From Nanobdellota archaeon (GTDB lineage Archaea; Nanobdellota; Nanobdellia; UBA10117; ARS21), in the NCBI GenBank assembly GCA_014240455.1, contig JAAZWY010000003.1:1327-65326 (forward strand): DNA of 64,000 nt. The letters are read 5' to 3'. The position numbers and the translations under genes are program-made. Positions 48,961-58,303 of the stretch are shown here, in pieces. Each line of letters starts with the position of its first letter. The first letter of the stretch is position 1. A model generated the notes under the pieces. That model did not search any database, was not told where the DNA came from, and saw nothing but the letters and a program-made list of their open reading frames with translations.

Positions 48961-49593
48961 ATGCAACCTTCTCCAAAAATCTACAAAGAAAGATTTATAC
49001 AAAAATTCCAAGAGCGAAAGGAAAAAATTGACGATCATCTGGAAAAATATGACCAAATTGACAAATCGAACCGAGAACAACTCTTCGAAGAACTTGCATT
49101 CTGTCTTCTCACTCCCCAGTCAAAAGCTCGCTCGGCAGATCAAGCAATACAATTACTAAAGGAAAACAATCTTTTAACTCAAGGAACACCTGAACAACTA
49201 GAACCGCATCTAAAGAGCATCCGTTTTCACATTACGAAAGCAAAGAGAATCGTCGAGGCAAGAGAAAAATTTCAGGATTTCGAGTTCAATTTTGATGATA
49301 TTAAAGAGCTCAGAGACAAAATAGTACAAACTTTCAAAGGTTTAGGGTACAAGGAAGCATCTCACTATCTGAGAAACATAGGTCATGGAAGAGATTTAGC
49401 AATTCTCGACAGACATATTCTAAAAAATCTAGTAAATATGGGATTAATTGAAGAAATTCCCAAAACTTTAACTCCAAAACGATATTTTGAGATAGAAAAT
49501 ACCATGAAAAACTTCTGCAAAAACAATAAAATGAACATGGGACACATTGATTTAATTCTCTGGAGTACAGAAACTGGAGAAATGTTTAAGTAA
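48961..49593 (+). CDS. ogg: archaeal 8-oxoguanine DNA glycosylase (Ogg2-type HhH-GPD)
   Basis: KEASHYLRNIGHGRDLAILDRHI. Confidence 0.7.
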   Translation: MQPSPKIYKERFIQKFQERKEKIDDHLEKYDQIDKSNREQLFEELAFCLLTPQSKARSADQAIQLLKENNLLTQGTPEQLEPHLKSIRFHITKAKRIVEAREKFQDFEFNFDDIKELRDKIVQTFKGLGYKEASHYLRNIGHGRDLAILDRHILKNLVNMGLIEEIPKTLTPKRYFEIENTMKNFCKNNKMNMGHIDLILWSTETGEMFK

Positions 49594-49640
49594 AAATCGA
49601 CCATCGAAGCCCTTAAATATTATCAAAGGTCTAAAAAACC

Positions 49641-49913
49641 ATGGCAAGAGCAGGCACTATGCGGTACTTCGTACTGCAAGAAAACAATAGAGACACAAGC
49701 CATGTCTTTACTGGACGGCAACCTAGACAGGCTGCACTGAAGGCCGCAACCCGAGGATTCACCAGTATTACCCTTAGAGAGCGAGGTACAAAGAAACTTC
49801 ACATCTTTGAAGGTAAGCGAGTAAAAACCTCTGCACCTTCAAATGCACCAGACTGGATGCCAGCTCAAATCTGGAGGGCGCAAGTCCGAAAGAAAGGTAT
49901 AAGACATTTGTAA
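49641..49913 (+). CDS. chromosomal protein MC1
   Basis: RYFVLQENNRDTSHVFTGRQPRQAALKAATRG...LRERGTKKLHIFEG...APDWMPAQI closely matches Methanosarcina MC1. Confidence 0.85.
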   Translation: MARAGTMRYFVLQENNRDTSHVFTGRQPRQAALKAATRGFTSITLRERGTKKLHIFEGKRVKTSAPSNAPDWMPAQIWRAQVRKKGIRHL

Positions 49914-49922
49914 GACAACCTC

Positions 49923-49972
49923 GGGCGGTGTAAACCAGCACCGTCCTTATATTCAAACCAATTCTTTTTTAT
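49923..49972 (+). terminator. hairpin + T-tract after MC1
   Basis: GGGCGGTG-taaaccag-CACCGTCC then ..aattctttttta. Confidence 0.4.
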
Positions 49973-49994
49973 ACTTTAAGATGAAAAAACTATT

Positions 49995-51212
49995 ATGGCG
50001 GAGAAGTTAAGACATAATGATCATCGAGTTATTGGACCAAAGCTAAATTTATATCAGCAATCTGAACTGGTTGGTCCAGGATTACCTCTATTTCCTTGGC
50101 AAGGAGAAGTAGTAATTAATGAATTACAAACATTTCTGAGAGATTTACTAAACAAAAATGATTATAAATTTGTCAAAACTCCTCATCTTGCAAAAATAGG
50201 TTTATTCAAAAAATCAGGACATTGGGACAATTATCGCGATGATATGTTTCTAACAAAGTCAGGAAACGAAAAACTAGCAGTAAAGCCAATGTCATGTCCA
50301 CTTCATACAATTATTTTCAAGCAAGAGTCACATTCCTACAAAGATTTACCAAAACGTTACGCAGAATTTGCAACAGTTTATCGAAATGAAGCATCAGGAG
50401 CATTAACTGGACTTTCCAGAGTTAGAATGATTACTCAAGATGATGCACATATTTTTTGTGATGTTAATTCTTTAGATCAAGAACTTTCAAACTTAGTTGA
50501 ACTTGTCAAAAAAGTTTACGAAGTATTAGGTTTCAAAAAAATGAATGTTGAACTATCAACCAGACCAAAAAAATATGTTGGAAATATAGAAACCTGGAAT
50601 CGTGCTGAAGAAATCCTTGGAGAAGTTATGAAAAAAAACAGAATGAAATTCAAAATCAACAAAGGTGATGGTGCTTTCTACGGTCCAAAAATTGATTTCC
50701 ATGCTGAAGATGCAAATCGAAAATCATGGCAACTCGCAACAATCCAACTTGACTTCAATTTAGGTCCAAGATTAGATGCAACATACACAAATAGCCAAGA
50801 CAAGAAAGAACACCCAATCATAATTCATCGAGCCCTTTTAGGTTCATTCGAAAGAATGTTCGGAATTCTAATCGAGCATTACAACGGAGCATTCCCGACG
50901 TGGTTATCACCAACTCAAGTAAAAGTCATCAGTTTCAATGATGAACTGGAAATGTACACAAAATCTATCGAGAAAAAGATTAGAGCAGCAGGAATCAGAG
51001 TTGAAGGAGATTATAGATCGGAAACAGTTCAACTAAAAGTGCGAGATGCAGAAAAGCAAAAAATTCCATATATAGTTGTAATTGGAGGAAAAGAAAAAGC
51101 AAACAAAACTCTTGCAGTTCGACCAAGAGGTTCAAAGCCAAAGTTCGGAGTCAAGATGCCCGACTTCTTGAAAAAAATCAAGAAGGAAATTAATGAACGA
51201 ACTATAGCTTAG
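49995..51212 (+). CDS. thrS: threonyl-tRNA synthetase, catalytic+anticodon-binding domains only (ThrRS-cat)
   Basis: begins at DHRVIGPKLNLY; class II motifs YRNEASGALTGLSRVRMITQDDAHIFC; no N-terminal editing domain. Confidence 0.9.
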   Translation: MAEKLRHNDHRVIGPKLNLYQQSELVGPGLPLFPWQGEVVINELQTFLRDLLNKNDYKFVKTPHLAKIGLFKKSGHWDNYRDDMFLTKSGNEKLAVKPMSCPLHTIIFKQESHSYKDLPKRYAEFATVYRNEASGALTGLSRVRMITQDDAHIFCDVNSLDQELSNLVELVKKVYEVLGFKKMNVELSTRPKKYVGNIETWNRAEEILGEVMKKNRMKFKINKGDGAFYGPKIDFHAEDANRKSWQLATIQLDFNLGPRLDATYTNSQDKKEHPIIIHRALLGSFERMFGILIEHYNGAFPTWLSPTQVKVISFNDELEMYTKSIEKKIRAAGIRVEGDYRSETVQLKVRDAEKQKIPYIVVIGGKEKANKTLAVRPRGSKPKFGVKMPDFLKKIKKEINERTIA

Positions 51213-51214
51213 CG

Positions 51215-51775
51215 CTACCACAATTCCTCAAAATATCTCTCAAACTTTTCAGCGCTTTCTCTATCATTAAAAATTACATTTGATTCATGATTTTTGGAAA
51301 AAGAATAATAACTCCAATTCGTCGAACCAATCAATACAATTCTACCGTCGACAATCATCAATTTGTTGTGTGTAGTAACTGAAGTGGAATCCCATTTAAT
51401 ATCGACTCCTGTTTTCTCCAAAATCTCAACAGCTCGCACATCAGTCAAAAATTGATCAACAATAATTTTAACATCAACACCCTCCGCATTTTTTTGAATA
51501 AGTTTCTCAACTAATTGATTAACTTCAGAGTCCGGATACTTTTCATAATATTTAATCTCAAACATCACTAAATGAATAGATTCATCTGCAGAATCAATTA
51601 ACTCAAAAACTCGATCAAAATATTCTCTATCATTTACAACTTCAATTCCTTCAACACCTGAATCTGCCAGAGAAACATATGCAGGACCAACATAAAAACT
51701 AATAATCAAACCACCAAGAAAAATTCCAATAGCAAAAACAATGCTTCTACTTATTTTTCTTTTGCCGATATCCAT
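51215..51775 (-). CDS. membrane-anchored single-HKD phospholipase D-family protein (Nuc-like nuclease or phospholipase)
   Basis: N-terminal TM; HNKLMIVDGRIVLIGSTNWS HKD motif. Confidence 0.75.
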   Translation of the reverse strand: MDIGKRKISRSIVFAIGIFLGGLIISFYVGPAYVSLADSGVEGIEVVNDREYFDRVFELIDSADESIHLVMFEIKYYEKYPDSEVNQLVEKLIQKNAEGVDVKIIVDQFLTDVRAVEILEKTGVDIKWDSTSVTTHNKLMIVDGRIVLIGSTNWSYYSFSKNHESNVIFNDRESAEKFERYFEELW

Positions 51776-52049
51776 AACGAGTTACTTTTTTACAATCAGA
51801 ACAAGTATATTCAATCGCTTTGTTTTTTGAATTAGTTCTAATAGTAACTCTATTCAGTTTAAAGTAAATATAACAGTGGTGACAAAATTTCTTCTTCAAG
51901 TTTTGAGAAATTTTCAAAGTATATCGCATTGCAATTTTTCTAGCAAGATAAACATACCTGTCTGCGAATTTGTCATCAGATTTAGAAGCCAACTCAAAAA
52001 GAATCTCAATTCTTTCAAGAGCAATTTTTCGATTTGAATCTCGTTGCAT
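51747..52049 (-). CDS. rnp4: RNase P protein subunit Rpp21/Rpr2 (Rnp4)
   Basis: IALERIEILFELASK...ADRYVYLARKIAMRY...CHHCYIY...CSDCKKVTRY Zn-ribbon; ORF-track N-terminus (to 52214) overlaps 5S rRNA and is rejected. Confidence 0.75.
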   Translation of the reverse strand: MQRDSNRKIALERIEILFELASKSDDKFADRYVYLARKIAMRYTLKISQNLKKKFCHHCYIYFKLNRVTIRTNSKNKAIEYTCSDCKKVTRYGYRQKKNK

Positions 52050-52096
52050 AGAAAACTGTAAATTAATAGAATAAAAGTTTATTTGAATGAATATAA

Positions 52097-52214
52097 ATGC
52101 CAGCAGCTTTCCCGCTTTCCCGCCATTAGGCAGTACCGACGAGTACGTGAAACAGCTTAACTTCCGTGTTCGGAAAGGGAACGGGTGTGACCTGTTTGCT
52201 GTGACCGCTGACAA
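52097..52214 (-). rRNA. 5S ribosomal RNA
   Basis: minus-strand read contains ...ACACCCGTTCCCTTTCCGAACACGGAAGTTAAGCTG...GTACTGCC...; terminal helix TGTCAGCGG/CTGCTGGCA; ends +/- 3 nt. Confidence 0.8.
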
Positions 52215-52227
52215 CTTTCCCTAATTT

Positions 52228-52250
52228 TGTGTATTTAAATACTTTACTAA
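52228..52250 (-). promoter_or_regulatory. BRE/TATA promoter for 5S rRNA
   Basis: tatttaaata box ~20-25 nt upstream of 5S 5' end with purine-rich BRE-like gtaaag upstream. Confidence 0.4.
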
Positions 52251-52303
52251 CAGTCAAGCATAGCTAAGAAAACCTATATAAAAAACTAAACACTTCTCTA
52301 CGT

Positions 52304-53020
52304 ATGGAGCTAGTTCTGGATAAAAAGCCTAAACGGCCAACAATAATTGAAGGATTCCCTGGAGTAGGTTTTGTTGGAACAATTGCCACAGAATTCATGC
52401 TTAATCATTTGAATGCAAAATCCATAGGATATTTATTTAATCCAGCACTTCCACCAATTGCAATTCTTCACGGAAAAGAAACGCGAAGACTTCTAGAAAT
52501 ATTCCATGCCCCAAAAGAAAATTTGGTTTTCATTCATGCAATCTCAGGAACAAAAGGTTTGGAATGGGAAGTTGCAAAAGCAATAGTCGAGCTTTCAAAA
52601 CTTCTAAATGCCAAGCAAATAATCAGCCTCGAAGGAGTAGTATCTCCAGATAATGCAGAAACTTCAAGAATTTTTGTAAAGTCAAATGACTACAAATCAG
52701 AAAAAGAACTTCTAAAACTTGGTGCCGAGAGACTAGATCGAGGAGCGGTGACTGGAGTAACAGGTGCATTAATGCTCACTGCTGAAACTGTAAACTCAAC
52801 ATTTCTATTTGCAGAAACACATTCAAGAATGCCCGATTCTCGTGCAGCAGCAGAATTAATTAGAATGCTGGATGTTTACCTAAATCTAAAGGTAGATCCA
52901 AAACCACTAATAAAACAAGCGGAAGATTTTGAAAACAAGATTAAAGACATGATCAAGTTAGGAATAGATTCTCAAAAACCAGAAGATGATGAATCACAAA
53001 AAGTAAATTATCTAGGGTGA
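52304..53020 (+). CDS. PAC2-family (proteasome assembly chaperone-like, COG1938) protein
   Basis: PTIIEGFPGVGFVGTIATEFMLNHL N-terminal signature. Confidence 0.55.
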   Translation: MELVLDKKPKRPTIIEGFPGVGFVGTIATEFMLNHLNAKSIGYLFNPALPPIAILHGKETRRLLEIFHAPKENLVFIHAISGTKGLEWEVAKAIVELSKLLNAKQIISLEGVVSPDNAETSRIFVKSNDYKSEKELLKLGAERLDRGAVTGVTGALMLTAETVNSTFLFAETHSRMPDSRAAAELIRMLDVYLNLKVDPKPLIKQAEDFENKIKDMIKLGIDSQKPEDDESQKVNYLG

Positions 53021-53875
53021 ACTTGCAGCAGCCAAAATAACATTAACATCTGAAATAACTACATTCGAAGGTATTGCAAATCCAAGACCTTCATAACCTT
53101 GAAGCTTGGCATTAACGATTCCAATAACTTCCCCATCAGTGTTCAAAAGAGGACCGCCTGAATTGCCGGGATTCACCGCAACATCAGTTTGAATTAAACC
53201 TGCAGCACCCGAAGTAATAACTCGATCTTTTGCAGAAACAATTCCTTCAGTAACGGTAAAACTTAAACCAAGAGGATTTCCAAGGGCGACCACTTTTTGA
53301 CCAATTTTAACATCATTACTATTTCCAAAATCAAGTTCATTCAAATTACTCAATCCAACCCTAAGCAAAGCAACATCGTTAACTTGATCAGCACCAATTA
53401 AGACTGCATCAACTCTCGCACCATTACTAAATAATATGTCAATATCTGTAGCAGTTTTTACTACATGATAATTTGTAACAATATAACCATCATCACTATA
53501 TATTGCTCCCGAACCTTGTCCATCATCAGTCAAAACTGAGACAACTCCATGAACTGCATCTTCAACGATACTACTAAAGTCTCCAGAAACTGCACTCAAT
53601 TCCGCAAGACTTTCTGAAGTACTTGTCAAATCAGCCTCAACAGTTTTAATTGAACTCCGAAGTTCGCTAGCCGTCAAACCCAACTCACTTGCCAAAGCAT
53701 CAACATCAGCCTTCAAATTAATATTATCATTTTTTAACTCACTAACTTTCAATTCAAAATCTTGAATAACTGAATAATCAACACCAATAGATACGGCAGC
53801 AACAATAACTATCAAAGTGAATAAATATTTGCCAGAATGCCGACTTAAGTGCTCTCTCATAAAATAAAAAAACAA
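53012..53875 (-). CDS. membrane-anchored trypsin-like serine protease (HtrA/DegP catalytic domain, no PDZ)
   Basis: TNYHVV (His), D in DIDILF, GNSGGPLLN (Ser); N-terminal TM + coiled coil. Confidence 0.8.
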   Translation of the reverse strand: MFFYFMREHLSRHSGKYLFTLIVIVAAVSIGVDYSVIQDFELKVSELKNDNINLKADVDALASELGLTASELRSSIKTVEADLTSTSESLAELSAVSGDFSSIVEDAVHGVVSVLTDDGQGSGAIYSDDGYIVTNYHVVKTATDIDILFSNGARVDAVLIGADQVNDVALLRVGLSNLNELDFGNSNDVKIGQKVVALGNPLGLSFTVTEGIVSAKDRVITSGAAGLIQTDVAVNPGNSGGPLLNTDGEVIGIVNAKLQGYEGLGFAIPSNVVISDVNVILAAASSP

Positions 53876-53891
53876 TCAGAATATAAAAAAC

Positions 53892-53965
53892 TGCCCCAGA
53901 CAGGAGTTGAACCTGCGACCCCCTGATTACGAATCAGGTGCTCTACCGAACTGAGCTACTGAGGC
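53892..53965 (-). tRNA. tRNA-Thr (anticodon CGT)
   Basis: acceptor GCCTCAG/CTGGGGC, anticodon stem CCTGA/TCAGG loop TTCGTAA, T-loop TTCAACT. Confidence 0.85.
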
Positions 53966-54027
53966 GCGAAAAACCCAATTCTCAGCCATATATAAGTTTT
54001 TATATCTGAATTTCAAAAAAGAGACAT

Positions 54028-54498
54028 ATGGAGAACTATCACGAACTAATAAACAAGGCTCAAAAAGAAATAGATTCTTCAGATCATTTACTTTTTGTAA
54101 CTTATAATATCGTAAAAGATTCAAAATTTGTTTTCTCCGTAACAAACCAATTAATTGATGCAGTAAAGTATGCACTAGAAGCATTACTTGAATTTGAAAG
54201 AAAGTCAAAATTAATTGAACCATATCCAAAACAATTCAACTTCATGGTGGAGACTTTCAAAAAGAAAGTAGCAGAACGAAGAGAGTTTGAAGAAAAAACA
54301 CTAACTTTTCTAAACAAACTTGTGACGATGGAGCAAACAATTGACTCGAGTTCACTAAATTTCAGGCGAGGAGATACATATGTTTTAGCAGACGAAGATT
54401 TCGGTACTCAATCCATTGAACTCCAAACAATAAAATCATATTTCTCATCAGCACAAGAATTCGTAACTAAGGTAGGTGATATTATTGAGCAAGATTGA
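54028..54498 (+). CDS. alpha-helical hypothetical protein, tandem paralog 1
   Basis: 156 aa. Confidence 0.4.
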   Translation: MENYHELINKAQKEIDSSDHLLFVTYNIVKDSKFVFSVTNQLIDAVKYALEALLEFERKSKLIEPYPKQFNFMVETFKKKVAERREFEEKTLTFLNKLVTMEQTIDSSSLNFRRGDTYVLADEDFGTQSIELQTIKSYFSSAQEFVTKVGDIIEQD

Positions 54499-54826
54499 AG
54501 AAGCCAGAAAGAAAATAACGTTTGCAGAATACTTGCTATCACAAGATGATTCAAGCGAATTTTCAGTTGGAGCAATGAAACATATTATTGATGCGGCACA
54601 ACTTGCAATGGAAGAATTAACTAAATTTGACTCAGAGCAAGTAAAAAATATTCCTCTAATAACTCAACACTTCAAAAAATTCAAGAATGAACCATACAAA
54701 GACTTCCACAGATTTTATATCAAGATGATGGATTCTGAATACAACAGTCTACAAGTTTCGACGAATGCCTTAAAAACTGTGACGGACTTTGTAAATCAGG
54801 TGGAAGAAAATCGCCAAGTTAAGTAA
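54476..54826 (+). CDS. alpha-helical hypothetical protein, tandem paralog 2
   Basis: 116 aa; N-terminal ~45 aa parallel paralog 1 (K.I...(A/S)..LL....S.EFSV.....IIDAA.LA.EEL.KF). Confidence 0.4.
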   Translation: MILLSKIEEARKKITFAEYLLSQDDSSEFSVGAMKHIIDAAQLAMEELTKFDSEQVKNIPLITQHFKKFKNEPYKDFHRFYIKMMDSEYNSLQVSTNALKTVTDFVNQVEENRQVK

Positions 54827-54827
54827 A

Positions 54828-56408
54828 CTTATTCCAGATACGAGTGCTATAATTAATCAGACAATTAGTGAACAGCTCGAAGCAAAAAAGATTTCTTTCT
54901 CAGAATTAATAGTTCACCGCGCACTTCTTTCTGAACTTGAAAATCAAGCCAACCAAGGAAAAGATACAGGATTTTTAGGATTTAATGAACTTAAACTTCT
55001 AAAAGAACTTTCAAAGAAACACAAATTCAAAATAACTCATGCGGGAGATACGCCGTCATTACAACAAATAAAGATGGCAAAACGCGGAGCAATAGATGAG
55101 ATGATTAGAAATCTAGCACTAGATGAAAACGGAACATTATTTACTTCCGACAAAGTTCAAGCAGAAGTTGCACAAGTTTCAGATATAAAAGTAATTTATG
55201 TTGCATCAGTACAAGTTGGTGGAAAACTAACCTTTGAAAGATATTTTAAAGAAGGATATATGTCTGTACATCTAAAACAAGACACCGTACCACGAGCAAA
55301 AGCCGGATCACCAGGACAGTGGGAATTCTTAGATCTTGCAAAAAAGAAACTGAAAGAAAAAGATCTGGAAAAAATCAGTTCAGAAATAGTAGATGCTGCA
55401 AGAACACTCGAACACTCATTTTTAGAGAGATCAAAAAGAGGACATGTAATTGCACAGATAAGAAAGTATAGAATTGTAATAACAAGACCTCCACTTTCAG
55501 ACGCATGGGAAATAACAATTGTTCGACCAGTAAAGAAATTAGAATTAAATGATTATAATTTATCTCAAAGAGTTCAAAACAGACTCGGTGGTCGAGCAGA
55601 AGGAATGCTTATTGCCGGAAGTCCAGGTTCAGGTAAATCTACTTTCGCACAGGCTTTAGCAAAAACATATGCAGATTCAAACAAAGTTGTCAAGTCTTTA
55701 GAATCTCCAAGAGATATGCAACTTCCGCCGTCAGTCACACAATATTCATTAACTAAAGCTTCACACAATGAACTCAGAGACATCTTACTTCTAACAAGAC
55801 CTGACTACACAATCTATGATGAAGTCAGAAATCTGGAAGATTTTAGTCTATTTGCAGACTTAAGACTCGCAGGAGTAGGAATGGCAGGAGTTGTTCACGC
55901 ATCAAACCCAATTGATTCAATTCAAAGATTCATTGGAAAAATTGAAGTCGGAATGATCCCCTCAATTATTGACACAGTGATTTTTGTAAAAGAAGGTCAA
56001 GTACAAAAAGTCTACGGATTAAGAATGGGAGTAAAAGTGCCATCCGGATTAAGAGAAAAAGATCTGGCTCGACCAGTTGTTGATATTTATGATTTTGATA
56101 CTGAAGAATTAGAATATGAAATCTATTCGTTCGGAGATTCAACAGTCGTCATGCCAATAAAAAAATTAAAACAAAAAAGCAGAAAAGGTGATCGAACAGA
56201 ATTAAGATGGCGAATGCTTGAGAATTCAAAATATTTCGAGTTTATGTTTTTCACACCAACAAAAAGAGTTTCAGTTGTAATTAATAATATTCTAGTTACA
56301 AAACTTCCAGTACAAAAAGGACGTTCATTAAGAATAATGAAGAAGTCAAGTCTCGGAAAAGAAATAAAACACGCTTTAAGAAACCGTTTAGAACTCAGGT
56401 TTGAATAA
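54828..56408 (+). CDS. PIN-domain + PilT/PhoH-like P-loop ATPase + KH-like C-domain (COG1855 family); start codon unresolved
   Basis: ATG ORF 55074-56408 (GSPGSGKST Walker A); same frame is open back to 54795 and encodes PIN N-terminus LIPDTSAIINQ...ELENQANQGKDTGFLG with no ATG/GTG/TTG. Confidence 0.6.
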   Translation, partial: LIPDTSAIINQTISEQLEAKKISFSELIVHRALLSELENQANQGKDTGFLGFNELKLLKELSKKHKFKITHAGDTPSLQQIKMAKRGAIDEMIRNLALDENGTLFTSDKVQAEVAQVSDIKVIYVASVQVGGKLTFERYFKEGYMSVHLKQDTVPRAKAGSPGQWEFLDLAKKKLKEKDLEKISSEIVDAARTLEHSFLERSKRGHVIAQIRKYRIVITRPPLSDAWEITIVRPVKKLELNDYNLSQRVQNRLGGRAEGMLIAGSPGSGKSTFAQALAKTYADSNKVVKSLESPRDMQLPPSVTQYSLTKASHNELRDILLLTRPDYTIYDEVRNLEDFSLFADLRLAGVGMAGVVHASNPIDSIQRFIGKIEVGMIPSIIDTVIFVKEGQVQKVYGLRMGVKVPSGLREKDLARPVVDIYDFDTEELEYEIYSFGDSTVVMPIKKLKQKSRKGDRTELRWRMLENSKYFEFMFFTPTKRVSVVINNILVTKLPVQKGRSLRIMKKSSLGKEIKHALRNRLELRFE

Positions 56409-56409
56409 A

Positions 56410-56484
<75 letters not shown>

Positions 56485-56488
56485 AGTA

Positions 56489-57601
56489 TTAATCTTCAAA
56501 AGTTCTTTTTAAGTCGTTCGCAATATCATTCCAATTTCTCGAATCAGTAAATAATTTTGCACCAACAGCTTTCAGTTTAGATTTAACGGGAGAGTTGTGA
56601 ACTATCTCAATTGCTTTAGCAACATAACCTTTTTTCAGCTGAGATTTCTTCAAGATAATTCCTCGTCTCGAAGTAACATAAGTTGGAATCAATCCAGCGT
56701 CAGAAGTTATAACTGGAACTCCAGTTGCAATAGCTTCCATCAAGCTGAGCGCAGAAGTTTCAGTTTTAGAAAGAAGAACATAAACATCCATTGCTCGCAA
56801 ATATTTTTCAGGATCAGAAACAAAACCTGTAGATATAATTCCTTCACCCTTTAACTTGTCTCGTTCAGGACCATCACCTAAAATTAACAAAGAAGACTTA
56901 GGATGGTTCTTCTTGAACTGTTTGAATGAATCAACCAGCAATCGAATGTTTTTCTCTTTACTAAGTCGACCATGAAAACCAACTACAAATTTTCCAGTGA
57001 TTCCAAGATCTTTTCGAACTCTCAAACGATCGAACAAATTTTCTTTGAACCGAGTTTGATCGGCATTCAATGGAACAATCTTAAAGTTTGATTTAATTCC
57101 AGCTTTTTTATATTTCGCAACAATAGATTTATCGGGTGCCAGAATAATATCTATTTTTGAATAAATTCTCCTGAACAATGGTTTCAAAATTCTACCAACA
57201 CTTTTTCGACCAATTGCAAACGGAAATAATTCCCAATCAATAGTGTGAGCATAACCAATTAATTTTTTCTTACCGCTTGCTGAATAAACTGCACTTGCTC
57301 CCAAAGGTCCACCAGGAGTATTTACAAAAACAACATCTGCCCAATCAACAGCATCATTAATTGTTTTACTCTTAGGTCTTCCAGGTTTAAATTCAGCAAT
57401 AGTAAATTTGAAAGTTGGAGTATAAATCACATTAAGTTTCCGAGAAGAAATCATTCCTTCTCCCCCGTCAAGACGCGGAACCAAGAACTTAATATCAAAA
57501 TCATTTTTCAGATGTTTGTAAGTCTCCTCCATGAAACGAACAATTCCATCAACACGAGGATAAAATGTATCTGAGACAAAGAGAACTTTTTTCTTTACCA
57601 T
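56489..57601 (-). CDS. GT4 family glycosyltransferase
   Basis: GFHGRLSKEKN...LLILGDGPE...E..SLMEAIATGVPVITSD. Confidence 0.85.
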   Translation of the reverse strand: MVKKKVLFVSDTFYPRVDGIVRFMEETYKHLKNDFDIKFLVPRLDGGEGMISSRKLNVIYTPTFKFTIAEFKPGRPKSKTINDAVDWADVVFVNTPGGPLGASAVYSASGKKKLIGYAHTIDWELFPFAIGRKSVGRILKPLFRRIYSKIDIILAPDKSIVAKYKKAGIKSNFKIVPLNADQTRFKENLFDRLRVRKDLGITGKFVVGFHGRLSKEKNIRLLVDSFKQFKKNHPKSSLLILGDGPERDKLKGEGIISTGFVSDPEKYLRAMDVYVLLSKTETSALSLMEAIATGVPVITSDAGLIPTYVTSRRGIILKKSQLKKGYVAKAIEIVHNSPVKSKLKAVGAKLFTDSRNWNDIANDLKRTFED

Positions 57602-58236
57602 TTGTAAAATACCTCTGCAGTCGTATTACCGTGTCTTGCACCATTCCAATAATCCTTAACAAAAGTCAGAGCAACATTATAGCTCCAACCAAGCGTTTTG
57701 GATTGACTCTTAAATTCCTTCAGAGCACGCTTCTTTTTGTTGAAAAACTTGCTAGTATCAACAACCAATTTTGGCTTTTTCAAATTCTTATGACGAATTG
57801 GAGACCAATTATTGAATGTGTAAATCCGAGCCTTCAAGTTTTGAGAACGAACCTGTTTCTTAACGAGTTTAGCAACACTAGTATGAGCCGGATGACCGTC
57901 ATCAATAGAGTGAGTCAGAATAATATCAGGATTATATTTCTTTAAAATACCTGCAACTTTTTTCTTAGTTTCCTCTGTTCGACGCTCACGCCGAAGTGTT
58001 GTGTCTGGAAGACCCAAAAAATGAAGATTCTTAACGCCAAGAATTTTACAAGCACGAGTTGATTCAGCAATACGTTCACGAGCAAGCTGAGAACGAGGTT
58101 TAACTAAGCTTGAATTCTCACCGTAAGTAAAGATAATTGAAGCTACTTCATCACCATTCTTAGCATATGAAGCAATAGCTCCACCTGCACCAAGAACTTC
58201 ATCGTCAGGATGAGCTACACAGATTAGTACTTTCAT
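57595..58236 (-). CDS. LmbE/PIG-L family N-acetylglucosaminyl deacetylase
   Basis: VLICVAHPDDEVLGAGG motif. Confidence 0.8.
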   Translation of the reverse strand: MKVLICVAHPDDEVLGAGGAIASYAKNGDEVASIIFTYGENSSLVKPRSQLARERIAESTRACKILGVKNLHFLGLPDTTLRRERRTEETKKKVAGILKKYNPDIILTHSIDDGHPAHTSVAKLVKKQVRSQNLKARIYTFNNWSPIRHKNLKKPKLVVDTSKFFNKKKRALKEFKSQSKTLGWSYNVALTFVKDYWNGARHGNTTAEVFYKW

Positions 58237-58303
58237 ACACAAAACAAAGGTCTACAGGTTTTAAAGGTTAACTTTTTAAAGCAAAACAAATCAAGAAAGA
58301 CAC

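Noticed and set aside
52050-52214. N-terminal 55 aa of ORF 51747-52214 (MSAVTANRSHPFPFRTRKLS...)
   Set aside because: This part overlaps the 5S rRNA gene on the same strand. The Rpp21 homology starts at the internal Met (52049).
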